The notes beneath the pieces were generated by a model. It ran no database searches, had not been told where the DNA came from, and saw nothing but the letters and a program-made list of their open reading frames with translations. A stretch of DNA of 64,000 nt from Chiloscyllium plagiosum. Lineage: Eukaryota. Shown here piece by piece: positions 12,115 through 24,694 of the stretch. How positions within the stretch are numbered: position 1 is the stretch's first letter; every line of letters starts with the position of its first letter. The stretch is taken from positions 70,728,580 to 70,792,579 of the forward strand of contig NC_057718.1 of NCBI RefSeq assembly GCF_004010195.1, given 5' to 3'. The position numbers were made by a program, and so were the translations under genes.

Positions 12115-13720
12115 CATAGAGTCATAGAGTTGTATAGTATGGAAACAAATATTTCTGGCAAAGTCATCCATGCTGACCACAAATCCTAAATTAATCCAGT
12201 CCCATTTGCCAGCACTTGGCCCATTTCCCTCCAAACTTTTCCTATTCGTATACCCATCTAGATGCCTTTTGAATGTCGTACTTATACAAGCCTCCACCAC
12301 CTCCTCTGGCATTCCATACACACACCACCCTCTGTGTGAAAAAGTTGCCCCTTAGGTCCCTTTTAAAACCTTTGCCTCTCACCTTAAACCTATGCCTTCT
12401 AGTTTTGGACTCTCCCACCCGGGCAAAAGACCTTGGCTATTTACCCTATTTATGTCTCTCATGATTTAATAAACCTCAATAAGATTACACCTCAGCCTCC
12501 GATGCTCCAGGGAAAATCACTCCAGCCTGTTCAGCCTCTCCCTTTAGCTCAAACTCTCCAACCCCAGCAAAATCCTTATAAATCTTTTCTGAATCCTTTC
12601 ACATTTCACAACATTCTTCCTAAAGCACAGAGACCAGAATTCCATCAGTATTCCAGAAGTGGCCTAACCAATATCCTGTATAGCCATAACATGACCTCCC
12701 AACTCCTATACTCAATGCACTGACCAATAAAGGCAAGGATACCAAACACCTTCTTTCTTTTCCTATCTATCTGCGACTCTATTTTCAATAAATTATGAAC
12801 CTGCACTCCAGAATCTCTTTGTTTGGCAACACTTCCCAGGACCTTAACATTAAGTGTATAAGTCCTGCTCTGATTTGCCTTTCCAAAACGCAGCACCTCA
12901 CATTTATCTAAATTAAACTCCATCTGTCACTCCTCAGCTCACCAGCCAAGGTAACCTGCTTTGCTGTCCACTACACCACCAATTTTGGTGTCATCTGCAA
13001 ATTTACCAGACATACATCTGATGTTCTCATCCAAATTAATTAAATAAATGATGAAAAGCAGTGGACTTATCACCGATTCTGTGACCTGATACTTTAAGGA
13101 AATAGTGCACATGCATACTAGTGCATATCCTCGGATCGTCCACACTTCTCAGGGTTTTATCATTCTTCACCTGCCTTGTTTGTCCTATCTGAATGCATCA
13201 CCTCACATTTATTCTGTGACCGCTGGTCACAGGCCTCCAGTCTGAAAAACAATCCTCCACCAACTGTCTCTACCTTTGAGTCAGTTCTGTATCCAAATGT
13301 TTAGTTCTTCCTGTATTCCATGTGATTTAACCTTGTTATTCAGTCTAAGATGGAACTTTGTCAAATGCCTCATTGAAATCTATGTATCTCACGTTTACCG
13401 CTCTGCCCTCATCAATCCCCATCATTACTTCTTCAAAAAATTCAAATAAGTCAGTGAGACATGATTTCCCACGCTCAAATCCATGTTGACAATCCCTAAT
13501 CAGTCCTTGCCTTTCCAAGTACATGTAAATCCTGTCCCTCAGGATCCCCTCCAATAAGTTGCCCACCACTGATGTCAGACTCACTGGTCTATAGTTCCCC
13601 AGCTTTTCTGTGCCACCTTTCTCAAATATTAATCAACCTTCAGTCCTGTGGCACGACACTTTTGGCTATTGATGATACAAATATCCCAGCAATGGGCCTA
13701 GCAATCACTCCCTGACTCAT
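12115..13720 (-). mobile_element. Decayed CR1 LINE (RT to 3' tail)
   Basis: Minus-strand ORFs with SLTSVVGNLLEGILRD, DFNEAFDKVP, KFADDTK and MEFNLDKC; the (ctatgact)n tail is at the left end. Confidence 0.9.
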
Positions 13721-14074
13721 TCCTTTGCCCAACTGCACCAGTCTCAGACTGATCTCTTTTCTCACCATTTCCCTGGCCTCACCTCCTCCCAAAGTAGTTT
13801 AAATCCTCTGAAGCAACTCTAGCAAATGTCAAACCGATATATTAGTCCCTTCTATCCCAGAAGAGATTCCAGTGATTCAAGAATGTGAATCTTTCTCCCC
13901 TATACCAGCTCCTCAGCCACACATTCATCTGCTCTTTTCCTATTCTTACTCCCACTAGTTCATGACACTGGGAGTATTCCAGACGCTACTAACCACAAGG
14001 ACCTATTTTTTAGCTTCCTGTCTAGCTTTCTATATTCTCTCCTCAGAACCCCTGTATGACTCTATGACTCTATA

Positions 14075-15110
14075 AATGTGAGGTGATGCATTCATATGGG
14101 ACAAACAAGGCATGGGAATATATGAAGAATGGTAGAACCCTGGGAATACCGAGGATCCGAGGAACCAAAGTATGCATGTACACTAGTTCCTTAAAGTATC
14201 AGGACAGCTAGATAATGTGATTAAAAGGCATTTTGAGATACTTATATTTATTAGCAGAGGAATAGATTTTAAGAAGTTATCCTTGAACTGTACAAAACTG
14301 TGGTTAGGTGATAACTAGTGTTGTGTGCTATTCTGGAATTCACATTACAGGAGAGATTTAATAGCAATGGAAAGGGTGCAGAGTTATGAAGAAAGATTGG
14401 ACTGGCTGGAGTTGTTTTCCTTAGGGCAGAGAAGATTGAAAGGGAACAAGATTGAGATGTGTATAATTTAAGGGGCACAGATGGAGTAGGCAGGAAAACC
14501 TTTCCCCCTCAATAGATGGATCAATGACCAGGGGCATAGATTAGGTTAGATTACATTACATTACAGTGTGGAAACAGGCACTTCGGCCCAACAAGTCCAC
14601 ACCGACCCGCCGAAGCGTAACCCACCCATACCCCTTACCTAACACTACGGGTAATTTAGCATAGCCAATTCACCTAACCTGCACATCTTTGGACTGTGGG
14701 AGGAAACCAGAGCACCCGGAGGAAACCCACGCAGACACGGGGAGAATGTGCAAACTCCACACAGTCAGTCACCTGAGGCGGGAATTGAACCTGGGTCTCT
14801 GGCGCTGTGAGGCAGCAGTGCTAACCACTGTGCCACCGTGCCACCCACGACTTAAGATAAGGGGCAGAAGTTTTAGAGGGAACATAGTGGGTGGAAGGAA
14901 TCTGGAACTCTTTGCCTTAAGGGTAGAGACAGAAACCCTCATGGCATTTAAGAGGCACTTAGGTGTGCACTGGTGATGCCAAGGCATACAAGGATTTGGG
15001 CCAAGTGCTGGAAAATGGGATTAGAATAATTAGGTGGTTGTTTTTGACCAGCACTGATTCTGTGGGCCGAAAGGCCTTTTTCTGCAATGTAGATCTCTAA
15101 GACTCTATGA
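14075..15110 (+). mobile_element. CR1 3' fragment with nested HE1 SINE (14538-14848, minus)
   Basis: CR1 C-terminal homology, interrupted at ggggcataga by a young reverse-oriented HE1. Confidence 0.85.
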
Positions 15111-15879
15111 TCCAGCAAGCTTTCTCAGTGCGATGCTGCAAGTTCACCAACACCTTACATACCAACTTCCACACTTAGAGCGGAAGAGAGACAATCATGT
15201 TTTTTGCTTTGATTTACAATGTGCAGATGTCTATACCATTTTTAACAACTTTCAACTGGCATAGCTACCTTCAATAATTTTGTACATAGTTACCTCATGG
15301 AATTTCTGTCCCTGGATCCCTGTAAAGAGTACCTTTTATGTTACTTCTCTTTGTACTTCCTACCAAAATGTATCACTGCACACTCTTTTGCATTAATTTT
15401 CATGTCATGCATCCAGCCATATCACAAACATGTCTACATCAACTTGACATCTATCATATCCTTCTCAGTTCCTAATACTTCCAATGTTTATGTTGTCCAA
15501 AAATTTTGAAATTGTGCCATGCTTGCTCAAGTTTAAGTTGATAAAATACTATAAGAAATACAACAGCCTTGCCACCAACTCCTAAAAATCTCTACAATAA
15601 GCTTTCTTCCTGTTGGAGAAACAATCATTTATGCCTACTCTCTGGTCCTTGTCACTTTAGTCTCGGGTACTACCCTTGAATCAAAGTAGGATTGGAAGAC
15701 TACAGCCAACACCTCCACCTAATACTTTCCTGAGTATCCTTGTTTATATCCATTTGGTAGTAGTAATGTTTCAACTTTGAAGCTAGTGCGTTTTAATACC
15801 ACTCTTTTACCAATTGGCAACTATTCCAAAATCTCCATGCTATCGTCTTTAGTATTGCTGGAAAATAAACTTGTACTCT

Positions 15880-16370
15880 TGATTTTGTTTTGTCTTATTC
15901 AACAGAACAGAATCAAAGAATACCCAATTTTCAAAGGGAATGAAAGTTTACACTAAATGAGAAGAGAATGCTGATTAGTTGGCAAGTGAACTCTGATTGG
16001 TAGAGGCAATTGTTTCAACTTTTGTTTCAATTCAAACCAGACGAGTCAAGAAATTTCAATGAGAAATGGGCACCAGGAGACATTAATCCCCAAAGCACCT
16101 TTTTGGTTAAAAAAAAGTGTACTATGTGGATGTGGTTTTCCTGTTTGCAAAGCAACGCAGAGCCTACATGTGAGCATAGTTAATTTCAATCAAATGTAAC
16201 TAAACTACAGTGCAAACCCAATCAATAATCTTAAATTTGTTGTCAGTATAATCCTTAGCAAAATTGGAATGGTTAGCAGATGTCCAATTGGGATTCATAT
16301 CTAATGTTGAGAACTTTGCTAGCATGGGGAGATTGGACAATTACAATTAACTGAAGGCACACTCTGTTTG
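15880..16370 (-). mobile_element. Decayed Penelope-like GIY-YIG C-terminal fragment
   Basis: The minus strand resembles the PLE C-terminus pattern (IGxHL..N...F.II....L..LE..YI....LCxQ) across frameshifts. Recognised by eye only. Confidence 0.5.
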
Positions 16371-16434
16371 TTGCAATCTGCTAGTCATTGGCCTACACCA
16401 ACCTACTTATCACACCAGCACTGAAATCCATATA

Positions 16435-16609
16435 CAAGAAGAACCTCGATTATCTGGCATTCGATTATCCAAACATTGGTTTATCCGGCAGTATCGCAAG
16501 CTTCCGATGCTTAGCTAAACAATGTTATCTGGCATTCAATTATCCAGATTTCGATTAACTGAACAAAATACTCCCCACTCGTGTCCTTTGGATAATGGAG
16601 GTTCTTTTG
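16435..16609. mobile_element. pogo/Tigger-like (Tc1-mariner) MITE
   Basis: Terminal inverted repeats caagaagaacctcgattatc / gataatggaggttcttttg, preceded by TA, with internal ttcgattatc repeats. Same family as 34271-34893. Confidence 0.82.
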
Positions 16610-16804
16610 TGTTCATATTTGTGTCGGAGGTAGAAGATCTTCTTGGCTTGAAGTCAGAATCTTATTAGTGGTGAATACCATGGTTTCTGTACAATTGTAC
16701 ATGTGAAACAGCATTCTTACCCTTGCTGAGATAGCCTGGGCACTTTTCAGAGCTGAAAATTGCTTCCTCAGGTTCCTTCATTAATTTGCATTATATACAG
16801 TGAG

Positions 16805-19770
16805 CAAAAAAAACACAGAAAATGCTGGAGAAACTCAACTGGTCTCACAGCATCTGCAGAGAGAGAGACATGATTCAACTCTGATATGGGGCAGCTCAGG
16901 GCTCAGTGGTAAGCCCTGATTCAAATCTTGGATGACTACCCGTGTGGAGTTTACATGTTCTCCCCATGTCTGCGTGGGTTTCCACCGGGTGCTCTGGTTT
17001 CCTCCCACAGTCCAAAGATGTGCAGGTCAGGTGGACTGGCCATGCTAAATTACACCGTGGTGTCTAAGGATGTGCAGGTTAAGGGAAACTGGTCATGGTA
17101 ATGCGGGGTTACAGAGATAGGGTGGGGGTTGGGTCTGGGTGGGATGCTCTTTGAAGAATCGGTGTAGATTTAATGGGCACAATGGCTTCTTTCCACAATG
17201 TAAGGATTCCATAATTCTATGACTTCTTCAGAACTGTAATGGGGCTGGAAAATGATGTGTTTTATTTGTTTGACAGAAGCAAAGGACAGACAGGAACAGA
17301 TGGTGTTGAGTCCCTGTGCGAAAGAAAAGCGACGTTGCTAATTATGGTGAAAGAGAAGTTAAGATGTAAAATGGATGTAAATTGACATGTGAAAGAGAGA
17401 AAGTGGATCCTCTTTGCTGACAGCAAAGTCAAGATGACACAAATAAGACAAGGCCATTGTTGGTGCAGTGGAGAGGGGGTGCCAGAGGACAGACGTTAAG
17501 TGGTCAGGCTTTGAAATTGTTGAATTCAGCATGGTTGAAAAGTACCTAAGTGGAGACTGAAATGTTGCTCCCTGAGCTTGTATTGTTCTTTATTGTATGA
17601 TTGCAACAGGCCTAGAACATAAATGTTAGTGTGAGAGCAAAGTGGTTTATTGAAATGGAAGGTGGGTATCATTCCTACAGACAAAGCAGAGCAGTTCTGC
17701 AAAGCAGTCACTTCATCTGCATTTGGCCAGTGTAAAGGGGATCACATTATGAGCAAAAGGTGCAGCAAACTAGATGAAAAGAAATAGAAGTAGAACACTG
17801 CTTACCTGGAAGGATGTTTGGGGCCTTAGATGGTGAGGAGGGAGGAGGTGAATGGGCAAGAGTTACACCTCCTGAGATTGCACAGGAAGGTGCAATGGGA
17901 GAAATGCGAAAGTGTTGGGAGTGATGAAGGAGTGTTCTAGGTATCACTGAGGGAATGATCCCTGCAGAATGATGACAGTGGAAGGGAGGGACAGATGTAT
18001 TTGGTGTTGGAAATTGGAAGCAAAGCTGATTAATTTTTCCAATTCTGGTTAAGAACAGGAAGCAACTCCAATGATATCATGATGTATCAGAGAAATAGTT
18101 ATGGCTGCCCCTAAGCAGAACTGGCACAAGGAATGTTCCACATAACTTACAAAGAGATCTATGCAGGTACCCATATCCATATCTGACTTGAGAGTAAGCT
18201 TAGTCAATGGAGAAATTGTTCAAAGTGAGAACAAACTCAGACAGGCGAAGAAGGGTGGTGGCGGATGGAGACTGTGCAGGACACTTTTCAAGTAAGAAGC
18301 AAAGAGCCTTCAGATCATACTGATGTGAAATTGATGTGCAAAGGGATTGTACATCCATGGTGAAGAGGCAGCAGCTAGGACCAAACAACTTGAAATTGTG
18401 GAACCGATGTAAAGCATTAAAAGAATCATGAATCTAAGTAGGGAGAGAATGAACAAGAAGAGTACAAATACAGTCAAGATAGGAAGAAACAGAAGTGCAG
18501 GAACCAGCTGAAATTGTGGCTTTGCCAGGGCAGTCATGTCTGTAAATTTTGGGAAGGAAGTACAAGTGTGTAGTTGGGGGACCAGCAGGTGGGAAGCTGT
18601 GGAAGGGAGATTAAATCAGTTTCAGTACTAGAATCAACTACTCGATGCTTAGTGTTGGTATCTTGATCAAAGGCAGATAGAATAAAGTGTTTCAGAGTTG
18701 GCACACAAACTCTGGCAGGTAGAGATTAGCATGCTAGATGACATTACATGACTCTTATCGATAGGTTTGGTGACAAAGTCAGGATTGGACCTGAGAGGAC
18801 TGAGGGCAGCAAGTTCAGATGAAGACAGGGTGAGAGATGCAAAAAATTTAAGGACATCAATATATCAGTAGTACTCAATGAAGAGATCATGTACAGGTAA
18901 AAGGCCAGAGGGAAGGGTCCAGGTGGAGATGAAGTATTGGAGACTGGTGAAAGGTTCTATGTGGCACTGAGAAGACACTTGCATTGAGATGGGGGCATTA
19001 AAGGATAAAGCTAGGTTCTTTGCTAAGCAGAGAGAGAGCTAAGAGTGGACATGTTCCATGAGCATGGATCACAGGAGGTGGTGGGAGCAGCTGTCAGAGG
19101 AATTTTACGTCTGTAATTTTGTTTGGATTTGAAAGATTAAGGATAGAACTTCGTGGGCGGCACGGTGGCACAGTGGTTAGCACTGCTGCCTCACAGTGCC
19201 AGAGACCCGGGTTCAATTCCCGCCTCAGGCGACCGACTGTGTGGAGTTTGCACATTCTCCCCGTGTCTGCGTGGGTTTCCTCTGGGTGCTCCGGTTTCTT
19301 CCCACACTCCAAAAATGTGCAGGTTAGGTGAATTGGCCATGCTAAATTGCCTGTAGTGTTAGGTGCAGGGGTAAATGTAGGGGAATGGGTCTGGGTGGGT
19401 GCGCTTCGGCGGGTCGGTGTGGACTTGTTGGGCCGAAGGGCCTGTTTCCACACTGTAAGTAATCTAATCTAATCTAATCTAATGTAAACTTCAGCTGGCA
19501 TCCATGTGGGCTAAAGCAGAGTCAGGGACAGTGACTAAGAAAGTAGATGTGACTGTGAAAACAAATGTTTTATCCAACACTAGTTAAGAAATAGAAATCA
19601 ATGAAGGTGAACTGGCCAAAAGATTAAAACAGAAATCCTGTCTGAGAGAAGGGCAGAATTTCAAGGTATTGTTTCCTCTGGAATTGGAAAAATTGATCAG
19701 TTTTGTTTCCAATTTCCATCTTTCTCTCACTTACACCTGGTATATATCTAACTCCTCATTCCCCTTCACT
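16805..19770 (-). mobile_element. Long decayed Penelope-like retroelement (RT + GIY-YIG) with two nested HE1 SINEs
   Basis: Minus-strand LFTMDVQSLCTSISH...LLRLSEFVLTLNNF (RT motif A), STSISFHLVCCTFCS (GIY-YIG start) and HLGTFQP (C-terminus), with a family-B-like tail at 16805-16880. HE1 copies at about 16887-17222 and 19155-19483. An inverted RT piece (ELEKLISFVSNFH..TW.IS.SSFPF) lies on + at about 19678-19767. Confidence 0.82.
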
Positions 19771-20249
19771 TCAAAAGCCCTCTTGAATGCCTCAATTGAA
19801 CCTGCTTTCTTTTTAAAAGTCACTGAGGAAATCATATCAAATGCCATTTTTATAAAGTATGTTACATTTAGAAAGGACTAGTTCTCTGCTGCAACTGTTC
19901 TATTGCTTGGATTATGCAATTTAACAACCTGTTAGGTGTTATTAACATCTAACTCATACTTGAATATCAAATTCTCCCCAGACTCTTTCAACATCAATTT
20001 TCACAAACACCAGGCACATACAGTATAGATATGAAACCGGTTAAGACCAGCAGTGTAAAATGGGCTGATAGCTAATTGGCTGTCAGATTTTCATGAGAAA
20101 TTAATTTGGCACTGTTTAAAACATGGACATTGACACATTCAATTCATGTGCTCTGTCAGTATGGTTTCTCCGCTGTACTAAGTTTCTGAATGCAGCATAT
20201 AATCTGAACCCTCCTATAGTTTTCTTTATAAACTACTGGTTGAATGTTG

Positions 20250-20790
20250 TGTTATGAAGTTAAAGGTGTGTACTGTACCTTTAAGAGAGAGTGAACACTA
20301 TTCTGAACTGAAGGATTACAAGCACCTGTGTCTATGACTAGATGGCAGTCCCAGAGTATACTGGAAAATTGAAAATATGTAATATTTGGCTGTGAAATGG
20401 ATACATGAGTTTTGGTTGCTGTCTTGACAACAATGTGAATTTAACCAATCTGTTTAAATTATGCCCCAGGATACTAAAACCCAATCAAGGTTGAATTTAT
20501 TGTTTTGACACAAGACTACCCAGGGAATTCAGCAGCCGGAAGAGTAAAGTCACAAAAGATGTGACTTTTGCTGTGTGGTTCTGAAATTAAGTTGATGTAA
20601 TTTTAATAAGTGTCTTATTGGTACAGTATATTGTTATAGAGTTGGAAGCAGGTAATAAGCAGTTAAGAGAAAGGAGAGCTTACAGATGTGAATAGTTGTT
20701 GTTTAATGTTCACTTTTAGAATTAAAAAATAAATTGATGTAATTTTCTTTAAATAGTGGAGTTTAACAGATTACAAGGTGAGGTGAGGAT
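20250..20790 (+). mobile_element. LTR-like fragment, truncated by a CR1 insertion
   Basis: Begins tgttatga, contains ccaatc boxes and AATAAA near 20728, has no ORF, and ends abruptly at a CR1. No TSD seen. Confidence 0.45.
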
Positions 20791-21398
20791 CCTGGGTATT
20801 TTGGCTTTTATTAACAGGGGGATTGAGTTTAAGAGTTGTGAGGTTTTGCTGCAGCATTATAAAACCCTTTATAGACCACGCTTGGAATATTGTGTCCAGT
20901 TCCTAGCTTCATTGTAGGAAGGATGTAGATACTTTAGAGAGGGCGCAGAGACTTATCAGGATGCTGCCTGGATTGGAGGGCTTTTCCAATAAGAAAGGTT
21001 AAGTCAGCTAGGGCTTTTCACACTGAGAAAAGAAGGAAGTGAGGTGACTTGATAGAGATGTATAGGTAAAGAGAGGCATAGATAAAGTAGATAGCCAGAG
21101 ACTTTTCCCCAGGACAGAAATGGCTGTCACAAGGGATCATAATTTTAAGTTGATTGGCAGGAGGTATAGGGGAGATGTCAGAGGTAAGTTCTTTACACAG
21201 AGAGTGGTGGGTGTGTGTAATGCACTGCCAGCAGTGGTAGTTGAGACATTAGTGACATTTAAGAGACTACTGGACAAGCACATGGATGGCAATAAATTGA
21301 GGGGTGTGTAGATTAGGTTGATCTTAGATTAAGATAAACGGCTTGGCACAATATAGTGGGCCAAAGAGCCTGTACTGTGCTGTATTGTTCTATGTTCT
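20790..21398 (+). mobile_element. CR1 3' fragment
   Basis: RPRLEYCVQF and KFFTQRVV motifs, ending in a (gttctat)n tail. Confidence 0.88.
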
Positions 21399-21459
21399 TG
21401 TTGAGATGCGTACCCATTTAGACATTATTTCTCCAAAGAATGCATCACAAACATCTTAC

Positions 21460-21511
21460 CTCAGTGTTTGAAAAGTCTGTAACAGCTTCTCACTAACTGT
21501 TTCATGTTTAC
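21460..21511 (-). CDS. SYTL3: SYTL3 coding exon 4
   Basis: Acceptor gttgtatag after a pyrimidine tract, donor gtaaga, 52 nt, phase 1 to phase 2. Encodes (G)KHETVSEKLLQTFQTL(S), resembling SYTL3 GKHETVGGQLLQSYQKLS as recalled. Confidence 0.9.
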
Positions 21512-21639
21512 CTATACAACAGCAAAAACAAAAACAAAAGAATAAAAACAACAGTAAAATTAATGGGCATGGTCATTATTGTAAATTGTTCAATGATGAA
21601 TGAAAATTGTGATTGTCTTTTGTTTACTGAGGGACTTTT

Positions 21640-21830
21640 GAAGATGCCATCACTCAGATGAGATGTTAAACAAAAGCTCTGTCTGCTCCATCAGATAGAT
21701 ACAACTTTGAAAAGGGGCACGGGGTTATCATGAGTGCCCTGGCCAATACTGGTTCCTCAATCAAAATCTCAGTGTCTATTCAGTATTATGTTGTTGTTTG
21801 TGGGAGCTTGCTGTGCAGAAAAAAACATTT
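21640..21830 (+). mobile_element. Ancient Deu-domain SINE (SacSINE1/AmnSINE1-like) fragment
   Basis: gatgagatgttaaac...tgtctgc...ccctggccaata...cctcaatcaa...tgtttgtgggagcttgctgtgc matches the recalled Deu-domain consensus. Confidence 0.7.
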
Positions 21831-22463
21831 CCAGAAATCACTTCAGAGTGTTAACAGGTGTTGCTCTGTGCATTAGTAATTAGCAATTAGTGCCCTGTAA
21901 TTAATACTCCAACATGTTGAACACCACATAGACAAAGCACAGAGAATACATTCTGGGTGGAGGTGTTAAATGTTCATCACTATCAGTGGCTTGGTTACAC
22001 CATTACTGAATCCTGAAGAACATGTCTGCCAGACTTGGGTCTGAAGGAAAAAACAAGGGAGAAATACTTTACTAGGTTGTGTTTTCACGAATCTACCTGT
22101 TACAGGTCTATCTGCCCATGACAATGATGATGTAAGTGATTACCACTTAGTCAATTAAATGTAAGATAAAGCCCAAAGACTAAGACCAAGTGATGTTGAA
22201 TTTTTTGGAGGGCTGTTACCATGAGGCTTAAAATAGCTTGTTGGATCTTAACAAACTTGCCACATTGATTGCCTATCCCATCCCTATTGTGTCTCCCTCA
22301 CCTGATTTTCATGCTCTTCGCATAACAATTTATCATTTAGCAACTGTCTTTCAAAATATGACATCCCTTGTGCTCCATCTTTAGAATATCACAGTGCATC
22401 TGGACGCTAACTTTCCAAAGCTGCTCTGCTCTTGAAGAAGGTTTCCACAAGATATTGGAGAAG

Positions 22464-23330
22464 GGGAAAATGGCATCATGATTCACAAAGAGGAACCTGA
22501 AAGCCCTGGTGGACAGGACGGTGCAAAGGAGGACTACCCTCTTCCGAGAGGGTTGCTAGAAAACTCTGCACGACCAGACCCTGCCAGCCTCATCTAAGGT
22601 CATTGCCTGAGTCAGTGCAATCTCCAGGGCATGGAGAAATGGCCAGCTGTGCAGCCAAAAGGTCAATGACCATCTCCACTCTACCTGGATAAGTGCCCCA
22701 TTCTTCCATCTATCATTTCTCCACTCACTCTCTCTCATTCACAGTCCATAACACTTTCATTATTCCTTGCAACACCTTGTTTTTCTCAATCTCTCTCCTC
22801 AGCCTCCATGCTGTTAACCTTGTATGCCCTCTGTACTGTCTCCTCAGTGCAATGCTACATCTCATCACCTTTCCTGCACATGCATCAGTACTAGCATTTG
22901 TGCCTCTTACTGTCATCTCACTAATTTTCCAAATTATTTGCATTGCAGCAGAAGATAACCCATAACAGGGCAGAAGCCAGATGAGTGGACGGATGTCCAA
23001 CATCAAGCTCCTTACCCTCAAGGGGAGAATCTTGACCCTTCCAGAGGGATTGTTCCTGCAGGGCTGTTGTAACATTCACATCATGTCAAATGAGTAAGAA
23101 GCACTTTGCATGCCACAGCCACTCACCCATTAACCCGGCTATCACTCTCAGTCATTGGATGCCATTTCTAACCATTGACTGCAAAACCTTCTCTCTTTTG
23201 ACTTGCAGGTTCTGCAAGATTGCTCTCAACAGTATCAATGTGTCCAGTTCCAGCTCTGACAAGAAGATCATCGACATTTCTAGCCCATCCAACACAAACA
23301 CCTCTGAGTCACTCCATCAAAGTTGCAGGG
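22464..23330 (+). pseudogene. Decayed Myb/SANT-like (NAIF1/MSANTD-type) gene, probably of PIF/Harbinger origin, with remnant introns
   Basis: One frame over 22464-22689 reads GKMAS*FTKRNLKALVDRTVQRRTTLF...TLPASSKVIA*VSAISRAWRNGQLCSQKVNDHL (3 stops). After ttgcattgcag comes QKITHNRAE..., and a further acceptor ttctctcttttgacttgcag lies near 23208. Confidence 0.68.
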
Positions 23331-23569
23331 CTAACAGTCTCTACATCAATCCAGCCCAGCTGCAGAATCTCATACTGCACTTAGACTTAATGGGAAGGTG
23401 AGAAAGAAGAAAATGTATTGAATGCATTTTGGTTGAACAGGTGAAGAAAGCTGGTTTATTTTTCAAAATCTGTGCATAAATGTCATTGATGGTAACTTCT
23501 TTGCATCTACATGTGCTTTTCAATATCTCCATGTAGGTGCCCAATATACTGTCATACCATCTAGCAGCA

Positions 23570-24128
23570 TAGAATCATCGAGTCATAGCGATGTACAGAA
23601 TGGAAACAGACCCTTCGAGCCAACTCATCCATGCCCACCAGATATCCCAACCCAATCTAGTCCCACCCGCCAGCATCCGGCTCATATCCCTCCAACCTGT
23701 CCTATTCATATACCCATTCAGATGCCTTTTAAATGTTACTACTGTACTAGCCTCCACCATGTCCTCTGGCAGCTCATTCCAGACACATACCACCCTCTGT
23801 GTGAAAACGTTGCTCCTTAGGTCTCTTTTATATCTTTCCCCTCTCACCCTAGTTCTGGAATCCCCCACTCCAAGGAAAAAACTTTGTCTATTTATCCTAA
23901 CCATGCCTAGGGGTTCGGGTACATAATTCTTTGAACATTTGCATCACATATGGATAAGGTAGTTAAGAAGGTGCTGAGCACGCTTGCCTTCATTGCTCAG
24001 ACCTTTGAATGTAGGAGTTAGAACGTTATGTTGAGGTTGTACAGGACATTGGCGAGGCCTCTTCTGTAGTACTATGTCCAAGTCTGGCTGCCATGTTATA
24101 AGAAGGATATTAGTAAGCTGGAGAGGCT
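23570..24128. mobile_element. CR1 3' fragment with inverted 5' part
   Basis: A minus-strand 3' end (23570-23907) abuts a plus-strand upstream RT segment (23910-24128). Confidence 0.75.
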
Positions 24129-24129
24129 T

Positions 24130-24400
24130 GATGCAGTGCAACAAGCCTCAGATGTTGGCCAGGGAAGTGGCAGGCAACTAGAAGCTCTGGGTCTTTTTTG
24201 CGGACAGAACGTAGGTGTTCTGCAAAATGGTCACCCATTTCCATACATTGATTCCTCAATGTATACAAGACCATATTATGAGCAGCGAATACAGTAGACT
24301 AGATTATGTGAAGTGCAGCTGCTACACCTGGAAGATGTTGGGGCTCTTGGATACTGAGGAGGGAGGAAATAACTGGACAAGTTTTATAGCTTCTGCGGTC
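24130..24400 (-). mobile_element. Penelope GIY-YIG endonuclease fragment
   Basis: The minus strand reads CTSHNLVYCIRCS*YGLVYIEE...GDHFAEHLRSVRKKDPELLVACHF. Confidence 0.8.
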
Positions 24401-24624
24401 ACAGGGCACGTACATATCCAAGTACATATCTGCTTTTTGGTCCCTACTCAGCCATACTCTTCCTTTTACCACCCTTTCCCTAGAAATATGGCCATAGAAG
24501 ATTTTGGGACACCTCTTCATGTTGGCTTCCAGTCTTCTCTTACTTGCTTTTGCTTCTCCCCTCTGAGTTGAAACTTTATTGCTGGAACAGCACAGCAGGT
24601 CAGGCAGCATCCAGGGAACAGGAG

Positions 24625-24660
24625 ATTCGACGTTTCGGGCACAGGCCCTTCTTCAGGAAT
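24625..24660 (-). ncRNA. Minimal type-I hammerhead ribozyme motif (mirror copy)
   Basis: Exact reverse complement of 24659-24694, in the sense of the SYTL3 pre-mRNA. Confidence 0.8.
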
Positions 24661-24694
24661 TCCTGAAGAAGGGCCTGTGCCCGAAACGTCGAAT
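24659..24694 (+). ncRNA. Minimal type-I hammerhead ribozyme motif
   Basis: attc-CTGAAGA-A-GGGC-ctgt-GCCC-GAAAC-GTC-gaat: stem I attc/gaat, intact core, 4-bp stem II, palindromic ACGT in place of stem III, GUC site. Confidence 0.8.

Noticed and set aside
16721..16797. Minus-strand ATG...AAGG/gtaaga mini-exon with adjacent octamer (ATGCAAAT) and TATA-like motif
   Set aside because: It ends in phase 1 while the next SYTL3 exon needs phase 2, the TATA is too close to the ATG, and there is no homology support.
19155..19225. tRNA gene (A and B boxes)
   Set aside because: It is the head of an HE1 SINE and continues into the V-domain and LINE-like tail; the same applies to the other copies.
19094..19453. 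Recurrent ORFs MWKQALRPNKST...CGRKPEHPEETHADTGR (also at 33260, 36873, 49043)
   Set aside because: These are antisense translations of HE1 SINEs, not a protein family.
19896..21424. A second, outer LTR (TGTTC...GACA) enclosing the LTR/CR1 nest
   Set aside because: The termini are suggestive, but no TSD or other supporting signal was found.
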